Assembly (NCBI GenBank): GCA_964361825.1
Contig: CAYICB010000002.1
Coordinates: forward strand, 5,845-69,844
Source of the DNA: an uncultured Candidatus Saccharibacteria bacterium
Lineage (GTDB): Bacteria; Patescibacteriota; Minisyncoccia; Phycocordibacterales; JACOZG01
DNA: 64,000 nt
Direction: 5' to 3'
The notes under the pieces were generated by a model that was given only the letters and a program-made list of their open reading frames with translations, was not told the origin of the DNA and ran no database searches. Position numbers and translations under genes: made by a program. This document shows positions 23,496 to 33,475 of the stretch, piece after piece; positions within the stretch are counted from its first letter, which is position 1, and each line of letters begins with the position of its first letter.

Positions 23496-24563
23496 GTGCA
23501 AAATAAAGGTCGAGTGGTAGTGGCTATGTCGGGCGGGGTAGATAGCTCGGTGGCGGCGGCTTTGCTTAAAGAGCAAGGTTATGAAGTGGTGGGCGCGTTT
23601 ATTAAGGTGTGGGAACCCCCAAAAGGCTGGGGTGGTGCGGCTGACGTGTGTAATTGGCGCGCCGAACGCCGAGAAGCGATGCGCGCCGCGGCCAAGCTTG
23701 AGATTCCACTTCTCACCTTCGACCTAAGTGAAGAATATAAAAAAGGCGTGGTGGATTATATGATTGCCGAATATCGCGCGGGGCGGACGCCAAACCCCGA
23801 TGTGATGTGTAATAAAGAAATTAAGTTTGGGGCTTTCTGGCAAGCCGTTAAAGCAAAAATAAAACCAGACTTCATTGCCACTGGTCACTATGCAATTAGC
23901 AAAAAAGGCCAACTCTACCGAGCGAAAGATAAAACCAAAGAGCAAAGTTATTTCTTGTGGGCGATTGCGCCGAAATTGCTCCCGAAAATTATTTTCCCGA
24001 TTGGTAATTTGCGAAAAGTTGAAGTGAGAAAACTGGCGAAAAACCTTGGCTTACCCAATGCCGAGAAGCCGGATAGTCAAGGTTTGTGTTTTATTGGCAA
24101 AATTGATTTCAAAGACTTTTTGAAAAATTTTATTAAAGAAAAACCGGGAAAAGTGCTCAACGAAAAGGGGGAGGTGGTAGGAAAACATCCGGGAGCCACC
24201 TTTTTCACCCTTGGCGAACGCCATGGTTTTATCCTTGATAAGCAAACACCAAACGAAGAAAAACATTATGTAATTGCTAAAGATTTAAAGAAAAACACGC
24301 TTACCGTGGCTTCTCGCGCGCAAACAAAAGTTCACGACCGTGAACTTTTGTTAACCAATACCAATTGGCATCAATTACCAAAACCAAACCAAATTTATCA
24401 AGCCCAGATTCGTTATCACGGCAAGGAGCATCCTTGCCGAGTGAAGCAAAAAGGTAAAAATTGGCTGGTCTTATTTGAGCAAACACCCGATTTTCCCGCG
24501 GCCGGACAATCGCTCGTTGTTTATGACGGTTCCCTTTGTTTAGGTGGCGGCGTGATTGCTTAA
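23496..24563 (+). CDS. mnmA: tRNA 2-thiouridine(34) synthase MnmA
   Basis: PP-loop SGGVDSSVAA, catalytic Cys motifs, C-terminal beta-barrel. Confidence 0.9.
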   Translation: MQNKGRVVVAMSGGVDSSVAAALLKEQGYEVVGAFIKVWEPPKGWGGAADVCNWRAERREAMRAAAKLEIPLLTFDLSEEYKKGVVDYMIAEYRAGRTPNPDVMCNKEIKFGAFWQAVKAKIKPDFIATGHYAISKKGQLYRAKDKTKEQSYFLWAIAPKLLPKIIFPIGNLRKVEVRKLAKNLGLPNAEKPDSQGLCFIGKIDFKDFLKNFIKEKPGKVLNEKGEVVGKHPGATFFTLGERHGFILDKQTPNEEKHYVIAKDLKKNTLTVASRAQTKVHDRELLLTNTNWHQLPKPNQIYQAQIRYHGKEHPCRVKQKGKNWLVLFEQTPDFPAAGQSLVVYDGSLCLGGGVIA

Positions 24564-24623
24564 TTTTTTAAAAAAAACTAAAATTATTTCGGCAATAGAG
24601 TTCTTTTTTTCAGGGAGGTTACG

Positions 24624-25076
24624 ATGCTTAATTCGGTTAAGAAGATGTGGGTCTTCGTTGATCCGGACACTTGTGGTGAGTTGGTGGACGAATTGGTGGT
24701 GGGGATTGAACGACGAGGCTGGCAAACCGACAGATTTCCAGTCAACATGCCGAGCGTTAGAACCAAAGAGGTTCCCAAAGTTGTGATGACTCTCTTAACT
24801 AAGCCGGTGTGTTTTTCTGACGCCATTTCTCAATTGTTTGAAAGGCTAACAAAACAGGGGGTGCCCATTGCTGTTTGGTATATCGGAGACCAAGCAGAAC
24901 ACATCAAACTACCAGAAGGAACATCGATAACACTGTGCTTATTTTCTGATGAAGCCACAAAAAACGCTTGGGCCAAAGCAAACACTGGTTTTGCTACGGT
25001 AATCAAAGGGGTCGATAGCGCCCTTGCTTCAATTATCAGGAAAGTTTCCCCTGATGGTGTGGAGATGGCAAATTAA
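24624..25076 (+). CDS. hypothetical protein
   Basis: 150 aa, preceded by an AGGGAGG RBS. No recognisable family. Confidence 0.35.
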   Translation: MLNSVKKMWVFVDPDTCGELVDELVVGIERRGWQTDRFPVNMPSVRTKEVPKVVMTLLTKPVCFSDAISQLFERLTKQGVPIAVWYIGDQAEHIKLPEGTSITLCLFSDEATKNAWAKANTGFATVIKGVDSALASIIRKVSPDGVEMAN

Positions 25077-25099
25077 ACCACAGTGTCAACTCACCAGAA

Positions 25100-25145
25100 T
25101 CCGCCCGTCCGCGCGACACTAAGGTGTTAGCGGGCGGGCTTTTTC
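25100..25145 (+). terminator. rho-independent terminator (CCGCCCG ... CGGGCGG plus T-run)
   Basis: GC-rich inverted repeat followed by GCTTTTTC. Confidence 0.65.
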
Positions 25146-26936
25146 ATGCTAGAATCGCTAATTATGGATTCGGCGCAAATTCGCGAGCGGTTTCTTAAAT
25201 TCTTCGAGGTGAGAGGTCACAAAATCGTGCCCTCATCTTCGCTCGTGCCCGAAAATGATCCGTCGGTGCTCTTTACCACGGCCGGCATGCAACCACTTAT
25301 TCCTTATCTACTTGGCACACCGCATCCGGCTGGGAAGCGCTTGGTAAATATTCAAAAATGTGTGCGCACTCAAGATATTGAAGAGGTTGGCGACAGCACC
25401 CACGACACTTTTTTTGAGATGTTGGGCAATTGGTCGCTTGGCGATTATTTTAAAAAGGAAGCAATTGAGTGGAGTTGGCAGCTTTTGATCGACAAAACGG
25501 AAGGCTTTGGTCTTGATCCAGCACGACTCTATGTAACCTGCTTCGAGGGCAATACCGACGCGCCTCGAGATGAAGAATCGGCAGAAATCTGGAAAAGCCT
25601 TGGTGTGCCCGCTAATCATATCTACTTCTTGCCAGCCAAAAATAATTGGTGGAGTGCCGGGCCAAATGGCCCTTGCGGTCCAGACACCGAAATGTTTTAC
25701 GACTTGGCATCCGAACCGCAGAATCTCAAAACAAAAGAGGCGTATTTAATAGCGGACGAGAAGCAAACCGTGGTGGAAATTTGGAACGATGTCTTTATGG
25801 AATATGAGCAACGAGACGGTAAAGTCATCGGTAAACTAAAACAAAAAAATGTTGACACCGGCTCCGGTCTTGAGCGTCTAACAATGGCCTTGCAAGGGAA
25901 AAATAATATTTTTGAGACCGATTTATTTTCTAATATCATCGAAACCATTAATCAGCTGGCCACAAAAGATGATTTGAAAGCCAAAAGAATCGTCGCTGAC
26001 CACATCCGCACCGCGGTTTTCATTATTACTGACGGCGTAACTCCTTCTAACACCGGTCGGGGCTATATTTTGCGCCGTTTAATTCGCCGAGCAGTGCGCT
26101 ATGCCGACAAACTCGAAATGAAGCCGGGCTCACTGGTAAATGTAGCTGCGGCAGTGGTTTGCAAATACGCCAAGGTATACCCAGAAGTAGACAAGCACCT
26201 CATGGTGGAAAAGGAAATTGGACAAGAAGAGCAAAAATTCCGCGAAACTCTCGAACGCGGCCTGAAAGAATTTGAAAAAGGTATTGACCCTTTTATTCTC
26301 TTCACTTCCTACGGTTTTCCCCTTGAACTTATTAAGGAATTAGCGCAGGAAAAAGGACAACTGGTTGATGAAAATGATTTTCAAAAAAAGATGGCTGATC
26401 ATCAGTCCCTATCAAGAACTGGGGCGGAACAAAAATTCGCTGGTGGTCTGGCTGATCATGAACCAGCGACGATTAAGTTGCATACGGCGCATCATTTGCT
26501 CCTCGCGGCGCTGAAGCAAGTGCTCGGGCCGGAAGTGAAGCAAAAGGGGAGTAATATTACCCAAGAACGCCTGCGGCTCGATTTCTCTTGGCCAGAAAAA
26601 ATGACTGAAGAACAGAAAAAACGCGTCGAAGAAATTGTAAATCAAAAAATTGGCGAAAATTTGCCAGTCAAAAGGCAAGAAATGGCTAAGAGTGAGGCGG
26701 AAAAGCTTGGCGCGGAGATGGAATTTGGCGCGAAATATGGTGATGCGGTTTCGGTTTATTTTATCGGCGACCCCGACGCAGGGTCAGGGCAAGCTTTTAG
26801 TAAAGAATTTTGTGGCGGTCCCCATGTGGCCAACACCAGCGAACTCGGCACATTTAAAATTCTTAAAGAAGAAGCGGTCGCGGCTGGTGTGCGGCGAATA
26901 AAAGCGGTGTTGACAAACCCGCCCACTTTATGCTAA
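25146..26936 (+). CDS. alaS: alanyl-tRNA synthetase (short form, catalytic plus editing domains, no C-Ala domain)
   Basis: Class II catalytic motifs; editing-domain HTAHHLL and CGGPHV zinc-site motifs; ends right after the editing domain (596 aa). Confidence 0.9.
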   Translation: MLESLIMDSAQIRERFLKFFEVRGHKIVPSSSLVPENDPSVLFTTAGMQPLIPYLLGTPHPAGKRLVNIQKCVRTQDIEEVGDSTHDTFFEMLGNWSLGDYFKKEAIEWSWQLLIDKTEGFGLDPARLYVTCFEGNTDAPRDEESAEIWKSLGVPANHIYFLPAKNNWWSAGPNGPCGPDTEMFYDLASEPQNLKTKEAYLIADEKQTVVEIWNDVFMEYEQRDGKVIGKLKQKNVDTGSGLERLTMALQGKNNIFETDLFSNIIETINQLATKDDLKAKRIVADHIRTAVFIITDGVTPSNTGRGYILRRLIRRAVRYADKLEMKPGSLVNVAAAVVCKYAKVYPEVDKHLMVEKEIGQEEQKFRETLERGLKEFEKGIDPFILFTSYGFPLELIKELAQEKGQLVDENDFQKKMADHQSLSRTGAEQKFAGGLADHEPATIKLHTAHHLLLAALKQVLGPEVKQKGSNITQERLRLDFSWPEKMTEEQKKRVEEIVNQKIGENLPVKRQEMAKSEAEKLGAEMEFGAKYGDAVSVYFIGDPDAGSGQAFSKEFCGGPHVANTSELGTFKILKEEAVAAGVRRIKAVLTNPPTLC

Positions 26937-26998
26937 GACTAACACAGTTTGTACCTTGGAAATGAAACCTAATCTCTAAAAAAAGAAGGAGGCTTGAA

Positions 26999-28015
26999 AT
27001 GGCTCAACAGATGGCTTTGAGCGCCCCGTTATCGGGGTATGCCAAGAAGAAATTGTGGGATATAAGAGAGGATGTTGTGACTGTAACAGCGTTAATGCCC
27101 GTTATCTTCCTCGCGATCCTGATGTTCGTGGCAATGGTTTATTCAAAGGGAGGATCGATCCCGTTTGACGGTCGGGGATTTGCCATGTTTGTTGGGGTAG
27201 TGGGCGGACTATTTGTTGTCGTGATGATTATTATCTGGGGCCGACATGTCATTGTAAGCCCTGAACGGAAAGCGAAGATTTTGGAAGAAAACTCAACCGA
27301 CTATGCGCAGGCCGAATGTCTCCGGGCGCAAATTTTTCCACGATTCGCTGGTGTACGGTCAGATGAATTTCCATTGCGCGAAAGTGCAATCACAGGATCA
27401 TGGCGAGCGTTCAAGGTTGAACACTTCGTCAGTCAGAGCTTGCGTGGTGATATCACCGGGAATGTTTGCCTAGATGTCAGATCGTTCTTTATGGGCGATG
27501 GACGGGTGAACGCACAAATTAAACAACTTGCCGTGCCTGATCTGCTCGACATGAGTTCAGTTGTTTTCTTCGAGAACGATCAGGGTGAGACCTTGCGGGT
27601 TTTGGTCCCGTCACCTCGAGCAACAAAGGAAACCTTGGCACGACTCATTGAAATGTACGTCGGCAAACACAGTAATAACCGCTACTATCATGGTAGTTTG
27701 AGTGAGGGAACTCACGTACACGACGCCCTCAAGCAGTTTACGGCTGACGAGTCATCACTGTTGCACCCCATTTCTCATCCAATGATACTTGATCGATTAG
27801 ATGCCGCCACACACCGGCCAGTAGAAGCGAGGCCAGTGGTACAAGTCATTGGTGAAACGGTGCAAGACGGTGTGGCGCTAGCTACTGCGTTGGTCGTTAG
27901 CGGTCTCAAGAGCACCTTCTTTCCCTCCGGGTATCTTGGTGAACTGGCGTCGGGGATTGCTTTTACCCTCGACCGGGATCGCAAGCCAGACAACTTACTG
28001 GAGGCGGTGAGATAG
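26999..28015 (+). CDS. hypothetical membrane protein
   Basis: 338 aa, two N-terminal TM helices, AAGGAGG RBS. Confidence 0.4.
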   Translation: MAQQMALSAPLSGYAKKKLWDIREDVVTVTALMPVIFLAILMFVAMVYSKGGSIPFDGRGFAMFVGVVGGLFVVVMIIIWGRHVIVSPERKAKILEENSTDYAQAECLRAQIFPRFAGVRSDEFPLRESAITGSWRAFKVEHFVSQSLRGDITGNVCLDVRSFFMGDGRVNAQIKQLAVPDLLDMSSVVFFENDQGETLRVLVPSPRATKETLARLIEMYVGKHSNNRYYHGSLSEGTHVHDALKQFTADESSLLHPISHPMILDRLDAATHRPVEARPVVQVIGETVQDGVALATALVVSGLKSTFFPSGYLGELASGIAFTLDRDRKPDNLLEAVR

Positions 28016-28032
28016 GTAACATTGTTTTTATT

Positions 28033-28080
28033 GCGGCCGGTGTTCCCTTCTGTGGGTTACCGGCTGCTTTTCTTTTTTTC
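28033..28080 (+). terminator. rho-independent terminator (GCGGCCGGT...ACCGGCTGC plus T-run)
   Basis: Inverted repeat followed by TTTTCTTTTTTT. Confidence 0.6.
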
Positions 28081-28100
28081 GCTCATGATATAATTTTGGG

Positions 28101-29249
28101 GTGAGTAAAGAGGTGGTTGCCATTTTTGATATTGCTACCGATCGAGTGGCCGCGGCTTTAGTAGCGCCAAACGCTACTAATCAGTGTGTCAATTTTTCTA
28201 CTACCACCATGCTCGATTTACCATATCAAGAAGAACTCAACCCCGAACGCCTGCTGTCTGCCGCCACCAAAGCCTTGGGAGAAGTGGCGCAAAAATTGGT
28301 CGCGGCCAATCAACCCAAACCAAAAAGTTTCCATTGTTTTTTGGCTTCGCCATTTTATGCGCCGCAAACTAGAATTAGTCATTTAAATAAAGAAAAAGAC
28401 TTTACCGTCAACCGCGCAGTTTTACGCGACTTAGCCAATCAAGAACGCGCTCGCTTCCTCCAATCGGTTGGCGATCCCGATGGCACCAAAGGTAAATTGA
28501 TTGATGAGCTGGTAATGCAGGTCAAACTAAATCGCTATGTAACCAAAAAACCCGAACACCAAACTGCTCGTGAGGTCGAAATTGCCACTTTTTTAAGTTG
28601 GGGGGAGGCGGCGGTGATCGACAAGCTTAATGAGGCGGTTAAGCCAGTTTTCCACCGTCAAAACCTAATTTTTCATTCTTCAACCGTAGCAATGTATCAA
28701 ACTTTTCGCCTTCTTTTCCCCAATACCCCAGCGGCTCTCATTCTTCAATTAGGAGGGGAAATTACCGAACTTTCACTAATTCACAGCGGCATTTTACTGG
28801 AAACTGTTTCTTATCCTCTAGGCTTCAACTTCTTGCTCCGAGAATTGGGCACACGACTTGGCCTAACCCCCGCCGCCGCCCTTTCTCTCATTAAGTTGGG
28901 TCAAAAAGAAGGGATGCGTGAGGCCGAACAACAAAAATTTAACGAAACGATGGAAGAATTGCGTTTTAAGTGGTTAGCCATCTTTTCTGAACTTTTACAC
29001 GCCTTGGCTGAAAAACATTTCTTGGCTAATCGTCTTTTTGTCCTTGGAGATGAGCGCTTTTTGGGTCTGTTTTCCACTTGGCTTAAAAATAAAAGCTTTG
29101 CCGAAGTGGGGATTCTGAAAAAAAGTCTCGGGGTAGAGCCACTAACCGCCAAACTACACGAGGGTTTTTGCGAAATTAAAGAAAACCAAGATTTCCCCGA
29201 CGAACTCTTGCTGATGGACGCGCTTTTTTGTGCTAGAATTTTAGAATAA
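28101..29249 (+). CDS. actin-fold ATPase, FtsA/PilM-like
   Basis: N-terminal VVAIFDIATDRVAAALV (phosphate-1-like). Central ALILQLGGEITELSLIHSGILLETVSYPLGFNFLLRELGTRLGLTPAAA resembles the FtsA 2A subdomain (DIGGGTTD...IPIGG...DIA). Confidence 0.5.
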   Translation: MSKEVVAIFDIATDRVAAALVAPNATNQCVNFSTTTMLDLPYQEELNPERLLSAATKALGEVAQKLVAANQPKPKSFHCFLASPFYAPQTRISHLNKEKDFTVNRAVLRDLANQERARFLQSVGDPDGTKGKLIDELVMQVKLNRYVTKKPEHQTAREVEIATFLSWGEAAVIDKLNEAVKPVFHRQNLIFHSSTVAMYQTFRLLFPNTPAALILQLGGEITELSLIHSGILLETVSYPLGFNFLLRELGTRLGLTPAAALSLIKLGQKEGMREAEQQKFNETMEELRFKWLAIFSELLHALAEKHFLANRLFVLGDERFLGLFSTWLKNKSFAEVGILKKSLGVEPLTAKLHEGFCEIKENQDFPDELLLMDALFCARILE

Positions 29250-29255
29250 TATTTT

Positions 29256-30584
29256 ATGCGCGAAGTCATTCAAGACATCAAAAGACCCAAGCGAAGTTTA
29301 AAAGAGGTTTTACCTAAAGAAAAAACCGCCGCTCGAATCACGCCAGTAGAAATCAGAAGGGTCAATCAGAGCGTTCAGCAGGATCTCGAGCCAAATACAA
29401 TCAACCCTCCACCGCCAACAGAAAAGAGTTACCGGTCGGTAAAACGCTCCCGTCGGCCATGGGTAATTATTACTACCGTTTTAGGCTTGGTGGTAATGGT
29501 TGTTTTAATTTCTAGTGTTTTGGCTAAAGCCACAGTGCGAATTACACCCAAAGAAACCTCTTTTAATCTAAGTGATGAACTCTCGGCCCAAAAAAGTAAT
29601 CCCGAGAAAGGTCTCCGTTTCGAGACCATGACCCTAGAATCAAGCGAGACGCGACCAGTTAAAGCCACAGGAACCGAGAAAGTCTCGAAGAAAGCTTCGG
29701 GTAAAATCACTATTTACAACAGCTTTAGCGCCACAAGTCAATCACTGATCAAAGAAACCCGCTTCGAATCCAAAGAGGGCAAAATTTATCGAATTGATCG
29801 GGCGGTAACTATTCCCGGATACAAAAAACAAGGGGAAGAAATTATCCCCGGGTCAGTAGAAGCCATAATTTATGCCGATAAATCCGGCCCAGAATACAAT
29901 TCGCCGGTCACCGAGTTTACTATCCCGGGTTTCCGTGGTGGACCTCGTTTTACTAAGTTTTCAGCCAAATCGATTACTCCTCTAGAAGGCGGTTTGGAGG
30001 GAGAATTGAGCATCGTTTCCCCTGAAGAAAAAGCTCGGGTTAAAAATGACACCGAAAAAATCCTCAAAGACCGCCTCTTGGGCGAAGTAAAAACGAGAAT
30101 TCCTCCCGGTTTCAGTTATTTTGATTCTGGCATGTTTTGGGAATTTAGCGACTCTTTACCCGCCAACAACACCACGAGCACAGAGATTCCTTTTACCCAA
30201 ACGGCCAAACTCCATGTTTTAATTTTTAACCAAAAAGAATTAAGCGAAAAATTAGCCAAATTAAAGTTAAATACCGACGAAACCAATATCTTGGTTACCA
30301 ACCTAGAAACGCTAAAGTTTGAACTCAAGAACCTCGCTAATTTTGACCCAGAAAACACCGCCGAAATCAACTTTACTCTTTCTGGAGAAGCTAGAGCGGT
30401 ATGGCAAGTTCCGGCCGAAGAACTTAAAACTAATTTAAGTGGTTTATCGAAAGATGGTTATCAATCAGTGTTCGCTCAATACCCAGCAATTACCCGAGCT
30501 GAAGTAATCTTCCGGCCACCATGGATTAGACACTTTCCCGAAGAAACAACCAAGATTGAGGTCGAGATACCCCCTAAACCTTGA
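29256..30584 (+). CDS. hypothetical membrane-anchored protein (single N-terminal TM)
   Basis: 442 aa. TM helix at ~residues 68-90; extracytoplasmic remainder has no recognisable family. Confidence 0.4.
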   Translation: MREVIQDIKRPKRSLKEVLPKEKTAARITPVEIRRVNQSVQQDLEPNTINPPPPTEKSYRSVKRSRRPWVIITTVLGLVVMVVLISSVLAKATVRITPKETSFNLSDELSAQKSNPEKGLRFETMTLESSETRPVKATGTEKVSKKASGKITIYNSFSATSQSLIKETRFESKEGKIYRIDRAVTIPGYKKQGEEIIPGSVEAIIYADKSGPEYNSPVTEFTIPGFRGGPRFTKFSAKSITPLEGGLEGELSIVSPEEKARVKNDTEKILKDRLLGEVKTRIPPGFSYFDSGMFWEFSDSLPANNTTSTEIPFTQTAKLHVLIFNQKELSEKLAKLKLNTDETNILVTNLETLKFELKNLANFDPENTAEINFTLSGEARAVWQVPAEELKTNLSGLSKDGYQSVFAQYPAITRAEVIFRPPWIRHFPEETTKIEVEIPPKP

Positions 30585-30626
30585 CGAGAAAAACCTTTTT
30601 CTGCTACCATTGACTGGCCCAAAAGA

Positions 30627-30866
30627 ATGAGCGAGCAAGATCAGGAGCAAACGGCAAAAGGCCAACCCGCCAAGATGGCCGTCGGGATCGTTATTGAAGC
30701 CTTGCCAAACACCCTTTTTCGAATTAAATTTGAGGATGGTGCCGAAAATTTGGCTTATCTGGCTGGCAAAATGCGCTTGCACCGAATTCGCGTTTTGGTG
30801 GGTGATCGGGTAGAGGTCTTGCTCGATGCTTATGGTGGCAAGGGGCGAATTCAAAAACGCTTATAA
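30627..30866 (+). CDS. infA: translation initiation factor IF-1
   Basis: S1-like OB fold; GKMRLHRIRVLVGDRVEV...YGGKGRI. Confidence 0.9.
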   Translation: MSEQDQEQTAKGQPAKMAVGIVIEALPNTLFRIKFEDGAENLAYLAGKMRLHRIRVLVGDRVEVLLDAYGGKGRIQKRL

Positions 30867-30934
30867 AGCTTGATTTCAAGCTAACTAAAGCGAAATTTTA
30901 TTTTTTTCTTTACATGCAAGTTAGATCAGCTATT

Positions 30935-31030
30935 ATGAAACGTTGCGCGAGCTGCCGAATGGTGCGGCGTCGCGGTCATCTTTACATCATTTGTAAAAAC
31001 AAGAAGAAGCATAAACAAAAACAAGCTTAA
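30935..31030 (+). CDS. rpmJ: 50S ribosomal protein L36 (31 aa)
   Basis: Not in the ORF track (<60 aa). Hand translation gives MKRCASCRMVRRRGHLYIICKNKKKHKQKQA with a C-x2-C-x12-C-x4-H zinc ribbon. Canonical infA-rpmJ-rpsM order. Confidence 0.85.
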   Translation: MKRCASCRMVRRRGHLYIICKNKKKHKQKQA

Positions 31031-31033
31031 AAC

Positions 31034-31414
31034 ATGCGTTTAGCCGGCATTACATTACCCGATAATAAACGGATAGAAATCGCCCTCACCGCGATTTACG
31101 GTATTGGGCGCGGTTTGGCTCAAAAAATTTTAGACGAGGCCAAGGTGGATTACAGCAAAAAACCGCCACAAATTACCGAAGCCGAGGATTCCAGAATCAG
31201 AAAAATTGTGGAGACCCAAAAGGTGGAGGGGGTGCTGAAACGCGAGGTGGCCGGTAATATAAAACGCTTAATCGACATAAAAAGTTACCGAGGATCCAGA
31301 CATCAACGCCACCTACCATCACGAGGCCAACGCACCAAAACTAACTCTCGCACTCGCCGAGGCAATATTAGAAAGACCATGGGTTCTGGGCGCAAAAAAG
31401 TAGAAAAGAAATAA
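31034..31414 (+). CDS. rpsM: 30S ribosomal protein S13
   Basis: MRLAGITLPDNKRIEIALTAIYGIG signature. Confidence 0.95.
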   Translation: MRLAGITLPDNKRIEIALTAIYGIGRGLAQKILDEAKVDYSKKPPQITEAEDSRIRKIVETQKVEGVLKREVAGNIKRLIDIKSYRGSRHQRHLPSRGQRTKTNSRTRRGNIRKTMGSGRKKVEKK

Positions 31415-31421
31415 TTATATT

Positions 31422-31856
31422 ATGGGAAAAAAACGCGTAGTAAAACAAAAAGGGGGGAGTGTGGATGAGGGGCTAAAGGCTCGCTCTATGGCCAAAACAC
31501 CCAAGCGCAAATTGGGTGAAGGTATTTTGCATATCCAATCAACCTACAACAATACCCGCCTAGTCCTCACAGATAAAAGTGGCAATGCCGTGGCTTGGAG
31601 CTCAAGTGGCTCCCTTGGCTTTAAAGGCGCAAAAAAAGGCACCACCTTTGCCGCGGGTAAGGTCGGGGAGTTAATTGCCGATAAGGCCACCGCGATGGGG
31701 GTAAATGAGGTTGAAGTGGTAATCCGTGGGGTAGGATCGGGTCGTGAATCTGCTCTTCGCGCTTTTACCACCAAGGGCATTGGGGTAACGGGGATTAAAG
31801 ACGCCACCCCGATCCCGCACAATGGCCCCAAACCCCGCAAACCCCGCCGCGTATAA
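31422..31856 (+). CDS. rpsK: 30S ribosomal protein S11
   Basis: Conserved C-terminus TPIPHNGPKPRKPRRV. Confidence 0.95.
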   Translation: MGKKRVVKQKGGSVDEGLKARSMAKTPKRKLGEGILHIQSTYNNTRLVLTDKSGNAVAWSSSGSLGFKGAKKGTTFAAGKVGELIADKATAMGVNEVEVVIRGVGSGRESALRAFTTKGIGVTGIKDATPIPHNGPKPRKPRRV

Positions 31857-31865
31857 AAAATAATC

Positions 31866-32471
31866 ATGAAAATTGGCCCAAAATATAAAATTGCTCGTCG
31901 CTTAGGAGAAAGAATTTTTCCCAAAACGCAAACTTCTAAATTTGCGATTTCTGGTAGTGAAAAAAGAGCCGGCGGCGGCCGACCTCGAGCCATGTCGGAT
32001 TACGGTAAACAATTAATCGAAAAACAAAAAGCGCGTTACACCTACGGGGTAACCGAAAAACAATTTTCAAACTATGTAAAAAAGGTGAAGCAGGCCAGTG
32101 GCACCAATAAGAGCGCCGAACTCTATCGCCTCCTTGAGCGGCGCTTAGACAATGTGGTCTTTCGTTTAGGATTGGCTAATTCTCGCCTTTTTGCGCGACA
32201 GTTAGTTTCGCACGGACACATTGTGGTCAATGACCGACGAGTCACTATTCCTTCTTATCAGGTTCTACCGGGTGATAAAATAAAAGTTCGCGCGGGAAGC
32301 AAAGAACTTGGACCCTTTAAAAATCTAGAAGAAAAGATTAAAAATCAGCAAGTCCCAGAATGGCTTAAGGGTGATCCGAGCGGTTGGGAAGTAGCGAGTT
32401 TACCGAGCGAGCAAGCCGGGGAACTCAATTTAAATTTTGGCACTATTATTGAATTTTATAGTCGAGTGTAA
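31866..32471 (+). CDS. rpsD: 30S ribosomal protein S4
   Basis: N-terminus [11 protein letters not shown]; S4 domain [11 protein letters not shown]. Confidence 0.95.
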   Translation: MKIGPKYKIARRLGERIFPKTQTSKFAISGSEKRAGGGRPRAMSDYGKQLIEKQKARYTYGVTEKQFSNYVKKVKQASGTNKSAELYRLLERRLDNVVFRLGLANSRLFARQLVSHGHIVVNDRRVTIPSYQVLPGDKIKVRAGSKELGPFKNLEEKIKNQQVPEWLKGDPSGWEVASLPSEQAGELNLNFGTIIEFYSRV

Positions 32472-32486
32472 GTTTTTAAAAAAAAT

Positions 32487-33473
32487 ATGAGTGATTTAAA
32501 TATTATTTTGCCCACTAAGCCCCGCGTCGTTTCCGAGAACGAGAATCAGGGTAGTTATGAGATTGAGGGTTTGTATCCCGGCTATGGTCAAACCTTGGGT
32601 AATTCTTTGCGTCGAATCATTCTTTCTTCAATGGTTGGCACGGCCATCACTTCCCTTAAAATCAAGGGGGCGAGCCACGAGTTTTCTACTGTTCCGGGGG
32701 TTAAAGAGGATGGGATTATGCTGATTTTGAATCTAAAAAAGGTTCATTTCAAAATGTCTGACGATGGTCCCCACACCGTTACGCTTAAAGCAAAGGGGGT
32801 AAAAACCGTTACCGCCGGTGACCTCGATCTGCCGGGTCAACTCGAAGTTTCTAATCCCAAGCAACACCTCGCCACGCTGACCGAAAAAAACGCCGAGCTA
32901 GAAATTGAGCTCGTGGTAGAGCGCGGTCTTGGTTATTTGCCCAAAGAGGCGCTCGGCCGTGAGAAAAATGAAATTGGCAACATTGTGCTTGATTCCACCT
33001 TTACGCCAATCCGCCGCGTTAGCTATGAGGTAGAAAACATGCGTGTGGGTGATCGCACTGACTATAACCGTCTTCGGCTCAATATTGAGACTGATGGCAC
33101 CATCTCTCCTCGCGAGGCTCTAGAACAATCAGTTAAAATTATGATCCGTCAACTTTCGGCGATTGTGGGCTTTAGAGAAGAAGAGACCGCCGCCGCTTTA
33201 AGTGGCGAAGTGGGTCAAGACACCAAAGAAAAAACTGACACCGAACATGAGGGAAAAGAAAAAGTGAGTGAAGATATCCTTAAAACCAGAATTGATAATC
33301 TTGACCTGTCTTCGCGAGCGGTGAAGGCTCTTACCGCCGCAGGTATTCGCACCTTGGGCGGTCTGGCTCGCAAAAAAGCCTCTGACTTAGAAGAAGTTGA
33401 GGGTTTGGGCGATAAAGCGATTGAAGAAATTAAAAAAGTCTTGCAAAAACACGATTTGGCTGTTAAAGAATAG
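32487..33473 (+). CDS. rpoA: DNA-directed RNA polymerase alpha subunit
   Basis: N-terminal dimerisation domain; C-terminal alpha-CTD with HhH LDLSSRAVKALTAAGIRTLG. Confidence 0.95.
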   Translation: MSDLNIILPTKPRVVSENENQGSYEIEGLYPGYGQTLGNSLRRIILSSMVGTAITSLKIKGASHEFSTVPGVKEDGIMLILNLKKVHFKMSDDGPHTVTLKAKGVKTVTAGDLDLPGQLEVSNPKQHLATLTEKNAELEIELVVERGLGYLPKEALGREKNEIGNIVLDSTFTPIRRVSYEVENMRVGDRTDYNRLRLNIETDGTISPREALEQSVKIMIRQLSAIVGFREEETAAALSGEVGQDTKEKTDTEHEGKEKVSEDILKTRIDNLDLSSRAVKALTAAGIRTLGGLARKKASDLEEVEGLGDKAIEEIKKVLQKHDLAVKE

Positions 33474-33475
33474 TT

